In this document: one piece after another, positions 11,654 to 23,809 of the stretch
Numbering within the stretch: the first letter of the stretch is position 1
Layout: each line of letters opens with the position of its first letter
Assembly: GCA_028534125.1 (NCBI GenBank)
Contig: CM052816.1
Coordinates: 55,926,001-55,990,000 of the forward strand
From: Lama glama
Lineage: Eukaryota
Length of the DNA stretch: 64,000 nt
Reading direction: 5' to 3'
Made by a program: the position numbers and the translations under genes
Notes under the pieces: model-generated
What the model saw: the letters and a program-made list of their open reading frames with translations, nothing else
Databases searched by the model: none
Told to the model about the DNA's origin: nothing

Positions 11654-14359
11654 AAACCATTACTGGAATACATCCTTGTAGGAAATGCCAATGGAGAGCT
11701 ACTTGGAGTCTTTTCTAGAGTCATTTCTGTGACTTTTGATACAACATTTTATAGGAAATCTCTGCTTTTGAAATTCCTATTTTGGCAGAATTTTCCCAAG
11801 CACTGCTGATTGTGTTTGCTCCACCCCTTTATGTTAGTTTTGAATTCCTGGGTCTCAACTTTATTGTTTCTCCATGCAGACAAGCTCTCAGGACAGTATG
11901 TGATTCTTAAACCAAGAAATACAGATCCTTACTCAGCGGTGACATCATGACAGTGTGGCCAGTCTTGAATTTTTGTAGTGGAAGTGCAGAAGCATATTGA
12001 GGTCTCCGGCTGGGCTCCCCACCACGTTGGCAGAACACGGAAGACGAACAGAGGAGCTTTTCTGATGATTTAGAACTGAGTGTATCTAATCCATTCATGG
12101 AGAGCATGGCCTGGCCTTGAGCCATTTCTGCCGTCTCTACCCTTGACTCACCTCTGTCTACCCCTGTGCTGCCTCTGGGATGTGGTTACAGGGACTGCAG
12201 ACACTGCTTTAAGTGCACATGTAGAAATCAGAGCTACTCTACCTCTTCAGCTGCTGCATAACCTTTGGGGAATTAATTCTGGCCAGTATAAAAGACAGAG
12301 TTGGCCATACAACACCAAATAAGTGCTTCCAGAAATTTCAGGGTGGGAGAGGGAAGAATGATCACATCATGTAGACCTTGGGAAGAGTAAGTTTTGTTTT
12401 CTTTCTAGTGCACTAAACATGTTTTTAAAAAATGACATAAATGCTTTTCAACTCAATTTTTCCTCTTTATAGAAAAAGAAGCCAAAATAGTCTCAACCCA
12501 CATTTTTAATTTAGAACATAAAACATAAACGATATATCGGTTCTGTGTTGGGCCAGCTAAGCGTGGAAGGCAGGAAAGAGAAGTGAGAAAGGAATGTAAC
12601 CTGATGTTTGTAAAGCTTGAGAGATAAAGGCTGAATACATTAATGAGCACCTTTTTTGTAACCTTTTATATCTACAAAGGAGGAAACATTTAGTTTAACC
12701 TGTTTCCATCAGAGCTAAAATTTGAGGGCATAGGTATTTTTGAAGTCCCATCCCCACCCCCCTTTTCTTCCTATGGAAAAACTCAATGTTCTGCAACATA
12801 ACGAGTGTCACCAATTATTACAAAATAAAACCTTTTCATTCAGTAGGATCATATCTGGTACTTTCGACTTCCTACAGAAGACTTCTTGGCCATATAGCTT
12901 TGCCCAGCAAGATACACAATCAGCTTTTGAGGTTTCCCCTGTGGACCAGATGAAGCAAAGCCCAGAATCAAGTTGGCTGTCTCCTCATTGGTGTGACTAT
13001 AAAAAGCTGGCTGAATTCTGTACTTTTTTTGCTCCATTGCTGCAAGTGCAGATTTCTGATGACCTTGAGGGAGTGCTGTGGGGTAAATGCATCCTGACCT
13101 GGATTGCCCTGGATTGCTCGTTTCCTACATAAACTTTAATGATCCTGTAAATCTCCCCAAACCTGAGAGGCTCCAGTGAAGTTACTGTTGGAAGAATTAT
13201 AATCTAAACAGAGGATTGATAGATTGATGTTGACATCCAGAATTTTCAGACCTCTGTTCTCAAATCTTATGGATAAGGTAGACCTTTGTGTAAGGAAAGT
13301 GGTACCCATAGTCTTTGTACTTGAAAATGGAAGCCAACTGCCTGTAGAGGAAGCTGTCAGTTGTGACACGTTCCACAGGGGCCTCGACCAGAGCCCCTTT
13401 GGATGCAGGGTGTCATGTTTCCCTGAGTGAGACAATTTTAAGTGGACGTATGATCTGGGCAACTGAGCACTGGCGGAGGCGCTGTCTGAGGGTATGTTTC
13501 ATGTACTCCCATTGCTGCAGACTCCTCACTACTGCTTTTTTCTTACGTGGTCCCTGAGGAGGTCTGCCTGCCAGGGATGCTAGGATGAGTCATTGCAGTT
13601 TTGTCCTATCTGGAGAATTGCCCCTAAAGATAATGAATTCAGAAGAAAAGCTTCGAATTCTGCAATGCATAGAGTTACAGAAACTGCTTAGGTGATTGTA
13701 ACTCTGCAGAGAACTGGTTGCATTTGCTCTTCTTGGATGTCTTTTAAAGGAACTCTTTGGCTCTTGACCTTTTGAAAGATATTGAGCAAACTGGGGGAAA
13801 AAAATTCTAGAGATTATCTAGAGTAACTATCTTCCTGTCTTTCAGAATCTAAAATAGGTGTATGTCTTCGTGAACAATATATACACCAGACATGAACAAA
13901 AAAGAACGTAGTCAAGGAACTGAAAAACAGATAATCATTAGAATGTCCAAATGAAGAGAATCATGAATGTACTATTTTAGAAAAATTATGAGTGTACTAT
14001 TTAGAAAACTGGCAAACAGTCAATATGTTGGTTTTCCAGGAAACCATTCCTCTGCATCCCATGGTTTTTCTTCTGTAGCCATTTCACATGTGTTATGTCA
14101 TTGGACCTTCATGACAGCGTTGTGGGGTGGAAAAAACATTATCCCATTCAACACTGGAAAAATAAAGACTTGCCCAAGATTAAATGACTTGCCAGAGTCA
14201 CTTGAGGTGTTTTTGATGGCAGAGCCCAGATGGAACTTGGGTTTTCTGACTTTGTCACACCGAGCAGCCACCCAGTGCCAGGTAGGGATGTATGCAGGGC
14301 TGGGAGTAGAGTGTGAACAAGGCCTGTCCTGGAGACGGAAATAAACTAGTAAACTAACT

Positions 14360-14950
14360 GCTGCTGTGATGAGTGCTTAGAAGAAGACGAGGTGTGTGAT
14401 AATAGGAAATAGATTTGAGAGGGGTGATTGCAGAGGACCAGAGGAGTGGATATGTCTCCTGAAGCTTGAGGGATATGGAGAGGTCAGTCAGGCCAGGATT
14501 CAGGGGGAAATTATAGAAACATGGGACCACCAAGTGCAACGGTCCTGAGGCAGGAACGTGACTGCAGTATTTTGGGAACTTGTAGAAAGCTGGTATTGCT
14601 TAGAGTTTAATAAGCAAGAAAAAAAGCAGAATTAGATGAAGTTGGAGAGGAAGGCAGGGCCTGTGGCCATGGAAAGTATCACTGATTTTAAGTGCAATGA
14701 AACCCAGGTGAAGGGGTCAGAGTGTAGGGAGTGGAGCTAGGGCGGGGCTTATGAGATCCTTTTGGCTACATTACAGACAATGGATTAGACAGAAATAAGG
14801 AAGGCTAGTGAGGAGGTCACTTCATATCCAGGCAAGAGCTGATGCTGGTTTGGATTAGAGTGGTTCCCGTGGAGTGTAAAGGGGTGGGTGGATTCTCCAA
14901 CATCCCCTACATTTTGGAAATAGAACCAACAGCGTTCTTCTACTGCTAAG
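14360..14950 (-). mobile_element. L2 remnant
   Basis: Degenerate antisense L2 body (TGGATTCTCCAACATCCCCTACATTTTGGAAATAGAACCAACAG). Confidence 0.55.
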
Positions 14951-14961
14951 CCATTGGAGTG

Positions 14962-15155
14962 GCAGCCTCGCATGATGGTCAGTAGTGTAGGCTCTGAAGT
15001 CAGGCCACAGTTGAAAATCCTGGCTCCTCCACAGGCTAGCTCTTTATTCTCTGTGACTCGGTTTCCTAATCTGAAAAATGGGGACGATCTTACCTCCCTC
15101 ACAAGTTTGTTGAATGGAATATGTAAGATAATATAAATGGCCCCAGCACCCAGCA
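14962..15155 (+). mobile_element. MIR SINE
   Basis: GGCTCTGAAGTCAGGC...AATCCTGGCTC...GGTTTCCTAATCTGAAAAATGGG. Confidence 0.7.
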
Positions 15156-16969
15156 TGGACCATTAGAGAGGGTCCGGTCTGTGTCCTGCCTCTGCAGCAT
15201 GAAGACTTCTGTTGACTTTGGCCAGAACAGCCTCAGCTGAGGGGGCAGTGGAGCCAGACTGGACTGAGTGCCACCTGAGGGGCCTGGGTAGTGGGGATTG
15301 GAGGACCCCCCCCATGCAGTCCCTTGATGGGGAGCACTTGGATATACAAACATGAATATAATAGGGAACCATGTCCCCCCGCATCCCCAAAGTGAAACAG
15401 TGTCTAATGATGGCTAGGCCTCGGTTTCTCATTTAGAGAAGGAGGAATTTGGACTCAGTCACCAGTGAAGTCCTTGTCAGTTTTAGGATTTTGCTTCTAG
15501 TCTTTTTCAAGAATTACGAAACAGTTAATCCAGCTTTGGTGGTGAAGGCCCAGAGAAGTCAATGCTATTATTTACATATTTTTTCCTACAGCAGAGTATG
15601 TTGACCTCAGTTAGAAATCTGTTTACTTTCTAGCAGTTCACAGACCCAGTGTACACTAGGACTCATTCACAGTATATTGTGAAATGAAAGAAACAGCCAA
15701 GACGGTGCCTTTAAAATGAGGCTTCCTCTTGAAAAGGAAGTCAAAACAGGCATGTTTACTGAAAGCAGTCTGGACGGACATTACTGTCCACAGAATGCTA
15801 TGGCCAGGTGGTGGATTACTGGTGAGCTTTGTTTTCTTCTTTAGACCATTCTGACTTTCTGATTAAAAAAGAAACAATAGAGTTTACTTTTACAAACAGA
15901 ATAGAAAGCCTTTTTTTTTTCCTTTTTGAGACTATAACCTCTTATCATTTGAGGACCGTTTGTCCTCAATTTGTATTGCATTGTATTACCTGACCCAGGC
16001 ACGCCTTTCTTACTGTTTACCTGATCACATTCTGATAATTATTAGCCTTTTGCAATCCTCCCTCTAGAACAACGAGGGTATAGGTCATCAGGGAAAGAAG
16101 GTTGCCTTTTCTGCTCCTTCGCCCACTCCATGTGCTGTGAGGGTGTGGAGGAAGTGCATCTCGGCTGAGTCATCCTCCCACTGATGGTCTTACTCCAAAA
16201 CTTTCCTTGGGTTTGGTGATGAGTGTGCCATCAAGGGGAGAATCAATGGCTTTATTGAAATCAAGGAGCCGCAGTAGAAGGACCTTTGCTCATTCACCTA
16301 GATCAGGAATTTGTGTGTGTGAGCTCATCTATGTTTTAGTGTTCTTTAGTGATGATTCCTCTTTGTAAGAGTTTAGGAAGAAACAAAATCCTGACATTTC
16401 TAAATAAACTCTTCAAATCCTATTTTTCACACTGACATGTAATGACAGTAACTTTGAGAACTTACAGGTGGTGCACAGAGGGAATATTCTCCATGTGGAG
16501 AGAGATTTCGCCTGGAAAGTTTTCTAAAATAGTAATTCTCAGAGAGCTCAAATTGTGTCACTGGTCACTACAGGAACAGGTGAATCAGTGAGTAGTCTGT
16601 GACAAGATATGGGACAAGGGTACCTGATGGCAGAATTTCTTAGGATGAGTGAGCTTTCTTTCCTTTAATAGATTCCATTGGCTGGGAGATTGACTAATCC
16701 CTGCTTTAGCACATGAATTGGCCCCAGCCTCTGATTATAGGAACAGAATGTGTTCATCACCCAGCATTCTTCCAGGATGATTCTCCATCTAAATAATCCC
16801 TTAAGGTGGGTGGAGGGTCTCAGGACTTCCAACATGGTTCGATGTTCACTTCTGTTCTAGCTTTAGGGCAGTCAGATAAAACACGGTAATGAGAAGTTTG
16901 AGTCAAGAACTAAAACTGTTGGGGAAGATAAGAAGTATTTTTAATTTATATTCCAAAGAACAGCATTGC

Positions 16970-17170
16970 CTAAGAGCTCATCTCTGGAGCAACTCTCTGG
17001 GTTCAAGTTCCAACTAAAGCACTTTCTAGCCCAGTAGGACCTTGGGCAATTTCTGAATCTCCACATGCCTCAGGTCCTGTCTTGTAAAAGGGGGATAGAG
17101 GTAGTACCTACCTCATTGATCTGTGTAGGGGATTGAGTTATTATGTACAGAGTACCTGGAACAGTGCCCG
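16970..17170 (+). mobile_element. MIR SINE
   Basis: TGGGTTCAAGTTCC...ACCTTGGGCAA...GTAGTACCTACCTCAT...GAACAGTGCC. Confidence 0.75.
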
Positions 17171-17384
17171 GAGTAACAATTCTTGATTGAATGATTCTAC
17201 ATTAATAGTAATAGAGATATTATTAAATTAACAAAAAGCATCATATGGAGGTGTTCAGGCATTAATTCTAAAATCCTGAATTTATGTTAACACTTTGTAG
17301 AGGAACAGGAGATAGATTGAAAAAAAGGACAATAAGCTATAGGTCTGGGCAGGATCTTTAGAGAAGTCAATGAGGAGTAGTAGT

Positions 17385-17463
17385 AAGAGGAGGGGGAGGA
17401 AGAGAGGAGGGGGAGGAAGAGTTGAGGAGGAGATGGGGATGAGGATGAAGATGGGGATGAGGA
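17385..17463 (+). repeat. GA-rich low-complexity tract
   Basis: Nearly pure purine run GAGGAGGGGGAGGAAGAGAGG...GATGGGGATGAGG. Confidence 0.8.
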
Positions 17464-17499
17464 CAAAGCCACCCCAGCATTAACCAGGCGGGCGTGATC

Positions 17500-17640
17500 T
17501 GGACTGTGCCACAGCGCTTTGCATGCCTTACCTCATTTAACCTCAAAATCCCCTTGGGGTAGTTACTGTTACTAACATCCTTTTACCGATGAGGACACAG
17601 AGATGTGGCGAGGTTGAGGGGCTCGACCACGGTCCAGCAC
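17500..17640 (-). mobile_element. MIR SINE
   Basis: CTCATTTAACCTCA...CATCCTTTTACCGATGAGGACACAGAG. Confidence 0.7.
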
Positions 17641-19959
17641 AAGGGCCTCCCCCAGCAGAAGCCGGGCTGTGCGGCCAGGAGCCTATGTGGCTTCCTCTTC
17701 CTCCTGCTCAGCCTGGATGCCCGGAGCAAGGTCTTAGCTCTCAGCTGCTTCATCCCGCCTTATGACCTTTCCACCTCCTCCTTTGGTCAAAAAAGTGAAA
17801 GTCATTTCCTTCACATTATCTGCATAAAATTGTCCAGTGGATTCTTTTCTTAAACAAATCAGCACGTCCTGTGTAATATTCTGGAAAACCCCCCAAATTT
17901 TGTGCCTTAATGGGGCGACTCCTTTCACACACGCTCCTGGGCCCTCACAGCCCCCAGGCGAAGCAGGGGGCTTTTCTAATACCCAATTTGAGATATGAAA
18001 AGCAGTCTCAAGAGGGTAAACAGTTTGATCCATCTAATACCACTGCTTCTCCAGGGATTCAGGCCCAGGTCTGGGGCTTCCTGAAACCCTCGCACTGCTT
18101 TCCTTCTCTCCAGTGCCGCCAGCCTCCACCTTCCCAGTGTGAGCACCTGGGAAGAATCACAGGTGTGCAGGGAGGGGGCAGGCGAGCGAGGGGATGGAGG
18201 GGCAGAGCCATCTACTGTGTGACCGCCTGCCCTGTGACATAAGCAGTGTGCCTAAGCTAAACCACGTTCACTCCTTTCTTCCCCATTCCTCCGTGATGTA
18301 CTGTTCCCCTTCCTGCCCTGGGTAAGGAGGCTTGTACTTTGGTGACAGTCCTGGGTTTTAAATGGCTGATTAAGGAGAGTTCTTTCACGAAGAGCCGCTA
18401 ACGGCTGTGGCCATCTAGCTGTGAAAGCGATTATAAGCACTTAGCCAAGGGTACTTGGTGTGCCTGCTGTTTCCTTTAAGGCTGTAAACAGTGCCTGGGA
18501 GGGTGTGGAGGAAAAAGAAGATGGTTTGGGGAAAATGCTTCATTCAACATCCCTGTTGGGTTTTTATTGAATTACCCCAATAAGCGCTTATTTCTGCTGA
18601 GCCAGGCGGTCCACCTGCACTGCCGTTCCCTCCCAGATCTGCATCATCATGATGAACTTGTACCTGTGTGGTGATGAACTTCACAGCAGGTCAGCTTCCT
18701 GTCTGCCTGGGTGGGTGGGAGGAAATACCTCTTCCCCCTGGGGTGGCAAATTATTTGTGTGGTAATTAGAAGACTACTTCCTGGCAGCAAAACACCTACC
18801 TGCTTTCCGCCCAGCCCACGGGGCTTTTAAGAGGGAAAGAGCTGGGGTGGGGTTTTGGCAGAAGGCGCATTGCTGCTCTGGTCTCCGAGGAGCCACATGC
18901 CCAGCATAACTGTCAGCCTTAGCTCAGCCAGCGCGGGTCAGGCCAGGGCCAGGCCTCTGGAGGGCATTCCCATCCTAACAGACCTGGAGCCCGTGGGGTG
19001 TTGCTGGCCTGGGCGGCAGGTGGCAGAGAAGGGAGGTGTCGCCACCATGAGCAAGTGCCAACCCCACCCCCCCACCCACCTCTCCCCTGGCAGCTCCTTG
19101 CCCCTGGGGGAACAGTGCCCCAAGAAACAACTCCTTATTGAGTGTTTCTACATTCATAATAATGATACTATTAAATTAACAAAGAGCATTATGTGGAGGC
19201 ATTCAGGCATTCTAAAATATTGAATTTAGGTCAACAATCTCTGTGCTGGGAGGGGCTGTGGGAGCCAAGCAGAGGCACTGCCCTGAGAAAAGTTCAGGTT
19301 GGGGACTGTGGTCTCTCACCTCCTGCATCCACACTTCCTTGCCCTTCCTGAGAAGGCCTGGAGCACACCCTTCCTGACTCCAGCCTGGGGCCTAGCCAGT
19401 CTGAGTTGAGCCATGAGGCGACAGCTGCCTGCCCCGAACAGGAAGGTCGCAGAGCACGCGGGGTAGGAAAGGTGGCAGGCACGCTGTGAGGCGTCCCAGG
19501 GCTGCTGGCTCTGGTCCGGTGTCTGAGCTTTGCCAGCCAGGGGCGAGAGTTAATTTTAAAGGAAGAAGGGGAGGGAATCAAGATAGCCCTGACGCCTCGC
19601 TTCCTGAACTTCCCTTCCGTACCAGGCCTCTTCAAGAGGGAGAGCCCGTCTGCCTCCAGGACAGCCTTTGATATCAGGAGAAACAAGCAGCCCACCAATT
19701 CTGCCCGGCCCTAAGTCCAAGTAAAGCCCTTTCGCCTGCTCGCCACGGCCAGAAATGCCTTTGACTGGAAACATCCCTTTCCTCGAGTTAGAAGTTACAC
19801 GGGGGCGGAGATGCAAGGGTGAGCTTTTGTCGGCTCCTGAAAGCGGCTTTTGGCCTCTTCTCAGCTCTGCTGAGAGGTCAGCAGGTTATCTCCAGGCACT
19901 CAAGCCTTTGGCCTTTTATATGAGTCTGAGGATGACAGTCAGCAGAGATGTTGTCTGGA

Positions 19960-20360
19960 CCTGGTGGAGGGGAAGGAGACGAAATTAAGGCATGTTTGTG
20001 AGATGACTGTGTGGGCGTAAGGGAAATGGAAGAGCTGGGGGTGGCTCTCGGGTTTCAGGCTTGTGTCATCGAGTGGAAGGGCTCACCAAAAATTGAGACA
20101 GAAAACACAGGAGAGGTGAAGACATCAGGGCCGGTCATGGACTCAGGGAGGCTGAGTGCCTGTGGGAGACCTGCTGGGGATGCCCGTCCAGCCATTGGAT
20201 GGTCACTTCGGAAGCTTGGGCAAGAGGTGGGAGCTGAAGATAAAGGTATTGGCCGTGTATTTGTGGAGGGTGAAATCCAGAAAGTGAGGAAGAGTGTTCG
20301 TGAGAAGAGCCATAAGCTGAGAATAGGACCCTGGGGAAACCCACAGAGAAGAGCCTGAGG
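19960..20360 (-). mobile_element. L2 remnant
   Basis: Antisense L2 body pattern (GGTTTCAGGCTTG...GGAGCTGAAGATAAAG...GCTGAGAATAGGACCCTGGGGAAACCCA). Confidence 0.55.
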
Positions 20361-20899
20361 TGTGGACAGGACAATTCACTGCTGGTGAATAGGGTGTCAT
20401 TGTTTAAAGGAGGGTGATTCAAGTGAAGGTGAAGGGAGCTTTTTTAGTTGGTCTGTGTAGAAGAAATCTACAGAAGTAAATCATGTTCAGATTTCTTGCT
20501 AATTGTAAGGAAAGTGGGTGCAATGATTATGTCCTCATTTAAGGTTTATGGAGATGTGTTAGGAAATTGCATATGGGCTCCTCACGCCTCACCAGTTCTC
20601 AGTACTTAAACCTGCTGGAAGCAGCCCTCAGAGCTCGGCCAGCCCCCTGCCCTCCAGCCTTGGGGTGGTTCTCCCCAGTTTCCCCTTTTCCTGCTGCTCT
20701 GCAAATAAGCGCAGCTGTGCCCTTCCCTTGGTTAGCCTGTGTTATGTGATAAACTAATACAGTCATTTTTAACATTCAGATAGTCCAGTTCATAGGTAAA
20801 TCCCCTTCCTATCCAGGGTCCCGATCCTCAGTCCTTTCCCACCCCACCCTGCAAAGTAAGCCCTCTTCCAGGTGTCATGTCTATACAGCATCCTTCAGG

Positions 20900-21062
20900 A
20901 AATATTGGCCTGTGGACCAGATTCAGCCAGCTGCCTGTTTTTGTAAATAAAGTTTTATTGGAACAGAGTCACGCACACTCATTTATACATGATCTGTAAC
21001 TGCTTTCCCACGACAATGGCAGAGTTGAATAGTTGTGACAGAGAAGGAAAAAGGTTGCCAGC
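20900..21062 (+). mobile_element. MER58 (hAT-Charlie) fragment
   Basis: CTGCCTGTTTTTGTAAATAAAGTTTTATTGGAACA...GGCAGAGTTGAATAGTTGTGACAGAGA. Confidence 0.82.
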
Positions 21063-21589
21063 ATGTGCTCTGTGTGTGGGCTCCTGCGTATGCATAATCC
21101 TTTTTGGACACACATGTCAACTCACTGTACGCTGATCTGCATGTTGCTTGTTTCTGTTGATTCACAGTCTGTGGTGGGAATTGTTCCACATGGGCATGGT
21201 GCGAGTGCACTTAATCGGTGCCAGGTGGGACGTTTTAGTGATCTTCAGTGAACAGATAACACTGCGGGGAACCTTCTTGTGCACACGCCTTCTTTGCACA
21301 CACATGAGCCCATCTTGGTGGGTTGGTAAACTGACAGATGCTGCCAAACCAGGGTCGTCTTCACACGCCCACCCTCCCCACCTACTCTCAACGAGAGTCA
21401 GGCTCTTTTCATTTTTCATTAAGGGCTAAATTGCTAATCCCTATGAGGAAATGGGGGCTAACAAAATTTTTAAAATAAGGGAAATGTGCAAGCTTACTAA
21501 ATTTGTATACTCTGTACAAAATTTTACAGCATTTAATATTTACTGTAGCTCCTCTGGGTGTCTGCCCACTGCTCTCATTTCTGAAGGGA

Positions 21590-21955
21590 GGGTTTCTTAG
21601 TCCATGCAGGTGGTTATAAGAGAACGCCACAGGCCAGCTGGCTTATAAACAACACAAATGTATTTCTCACAGTTATGGAGGCTGGGAAGTCCAAGATCAA
21701 GGCTCCAGCAGATTCTGTGCCTGGGAGAGCTCTCCTCCTGGTTCATAGACAGCAGTCTACCCACTGTGTCCTCACACGGTGGAAGGGGCGAAGGAGCTGC
21801 TGGGGTTTCTTTTATAAGGGCACTAATCTCAATCATGTGGACTCCACTCTCATGACCTAATCACTTCCCAAAGCCCCACCTCCTAATACCATCACCTTGG
21901 GGGGAAGGTTTCAGCTTGTGAACTTTGGGGAGATGCAAGCATTCAGTCTCCGGCA
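21590..21955 (-). mobile_element. MLT1A-type MaLR solo LTR
   Basis: GGCTTATAAACAAC...TTTCTCACAGTTATGGAGGCTGGGAAGTCCAAGATCAAGG...ACCTAATCACTTCCCAAAGCCCCACCTCCTAATACCATCAC. Confidence 0.88.
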
Positions 21956-22294
21956 GTGGGACTCGCTGGGCTTTCCCCATTTGACTTCAGACCCAGATCT
22001 AATCAGGATCTGAAGGGAGAGTCAAGATGGATGTTCCTTTTAGCCTCAGGTGGGTCATTTGCATTTGCAAGAACCTCTTGAGGACATCCAGTTTTCTAGA
22101 CCTCTGCCCAAACTAGGGTCATCCCTCTCCAAATATGCTAAGCAGAAATACAGACAAGATAGTTCGTACCTGTATTTTAGGAGCTAACATTGTTCTTCAT
22201 CCTATTTGATAACCAACATCTCTCAAATTTAGGTATAATTAGCACGGAGTACCAGGAAATACAACCGTTCTGCATATTTCCATTTCCTTATTTC

Positions 22295-22398
22295 TGGATT
22301 CTTTGAAGTGCAAGAACCTTGTTTTAATCATCATTGGGCCGAGCATTCTGTCTGGCATGTGGTAGGCACCCAGTGGATGCCTGTTGAGCTGAACTAAA
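22295..22398 (+). mobile_element. L2 3' end just upstream of the GCNT4 coding exon
   Basis: TCTGGCATGTGGTAGGCACCCAGTGGATGCCTGTTGAGCTGAA resembles the L2 terminus. Confidence 0.5.
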
Positions 22399-22444
22399 TT
22401 TCTTTTAATACTTTAGCTGAATTATTCCTTTGTTCTTTTATAGA

Positions 22445-23809
22445 ATGAAGACATTTAAATGTTGCTTTAAATACCACCTGCGCCAGAAAGTGTTCATCCT
22501 GCTTCTAACCCTATGGCTCTTCTCCTTGTTGAAGCTTCTCAATGTGAAAAGACTCCTCTTCCCGCAAAGGGGCATTTACTTGGTTGAGTACTCCCTAAGT
22601 ACCTCGCCTTTTGTGAGGAACAGATACACCCATGCGAAGAATGAAATCGGATATGAGATTAACTGTTCGGGTGTCTATGAACAGGAGCCTTTGGAAATCG
22701 GCAAGAGTCTGGAAATAAGAAGAAGGACCATCATCGACTTGGATGATGACGATGTTGTGGTGATGACCAGTGACTGTGACATCTACCAGGCCCTACGAGG
22801 CTATAAGCAGAAGCTTGTTTCAAGGGAGGAAGAACGCTTCCCGATAGCCTATTCCCTGGTTGTTCACAAGGACGCCATTATGGTCGAAAGGCTAATCCAT
22901 GCGATATACAACCAGCACAATATTTACTGCATCCATTATGACCGTAAAGCAACGGATACCTTCAAAGTGGCCATGAACAATTTAGCTAAGTGCTTCTCCA
23001 ATATTTTCATCGCTTCCAAATTAGAGACTGTGCAGTATGCACACATTTCCCGACTCCAAGCTGATTTAAATTGCTTGTCAGACCTTCTCAAGTCTTCAGT
23101 TCAGTGGAAATATGTTATCAACCTGTGTGGGCAGGATTTTCCTTTGAAGTCAAACTTTGAATTAGTGTCAGAGTTGAAGAAACTCAATGGATCAAATATG
23201 TTAGAGACAGTGAAACCCCCTAACACTAAAACAGAAAGATTCACTTATCACCATGAGCTCAGACAGGTGCCTTATGAGTATGTGAAGCTGCCCACGAGGA
23301 CAAACATCTCCAAGGGCGCCCCCCCTCATAACATCGAGGTCTTTGTTGGCAGTGCTTATTTTGTTTTAAGTCGAGCATTCGTTAAATATATTTCCAACAA
23401 CTCCCTCGTTAAAGACTTTTTTGCCTGGTCTGAGGACACATACTCGCCGGATGAGCACTTCTGGGCCACCTTAATTCGGGTACCAGGAATTCCCGGGGAG
23501 ATTTCTAGGTCAGCCCAGGATGTGTCCGACCTACAGAGTAAGACCCGCCTCGTCAAGTGGAATTATCTTGAAGGCCTTTTCTATCCCTCTTGTACTGGTT
23601 CTCACCTCCGAAGCGTGTGCATCTACGGAGCAGCAGAATTAAGGTGGCTTATCAAAGATGGACATTGGTTTGCTAATAAGTTTGATTCTAAGGTGGACCC
23701 TGTCTTGATTAAATGCTTGGCGGAAAAGCTTGAAGAACAACAGAGAGAGTGGATCACTTTGTCTTCAGAAAAGTTCTTTATGGCTAAAAGCCCCACAACC
23801 GCATCATGA
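22445..23809 (+). CDS. GCNT4: Beta-1,3-galactosyl-O-glycosyl-glycoprotein beta-1,6-N-acetylglucosaminyltransferase 4 (C2GnT3), 454 aa, single coding exon
   Basis: [35 protein letters not shown]... is a type II membrane protein with GT14/Branch motifs: [57 protein letters not shown] (catalytic Glu, E337), FANKFD. The ORF-track start at 22430 is an intronic TTG; the real ATG at 22445 follows the acceptor TTTGTTCTTTTATAG (AG 22442-22443). Stop TGA 23807-23809. Confidence 0.97.
   Translation: MKTFKCCFKYHLRQKVFILLLTLWLFSLLKLLNVKRLLFPQRGIYLVEYSLSTSPFVRNRYTHAKNEIGYEINCSGVYEQEPLEIGKSLEIRRRTIIDLDDDDVVVMTSDCDIYQALRGYKQKLVSREEERFPIAYSLVVHKDAIMVERLIHAIYNQHNIYCIHYDRKATDTFKVAMNNLAKCFSNIFIASKLETVQYAHISRLQADLNCLSDLLKSSVQWKYVINLCGQDFPLKSNFELVSELKKLNGSNMLETVKPPNTKTERFTYHHELRQVPYEYVKLPTRTNISKGAPPHNIEVFVGSAYFVLSRAFVKYISNNSLVKDFFAWSEDTYSPDEHFWATLIRVPGIPGEISRSAQDVSDLQSKTRLVKWNYLEGLFYPSCTGSHLRSVCIYGAAELRWLIKDGHWFANKFDSKVDPVLIKCLAEKLEEQQREWITLSSEKFFMAKSPTTAS

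Noticed and set aside
22430..22444. N-terminal extension MFFYR in the ORF track
   Set aside because: Starts at a TTG inside the polypyrimidine tract of the splice acceptor, so it is intronic.
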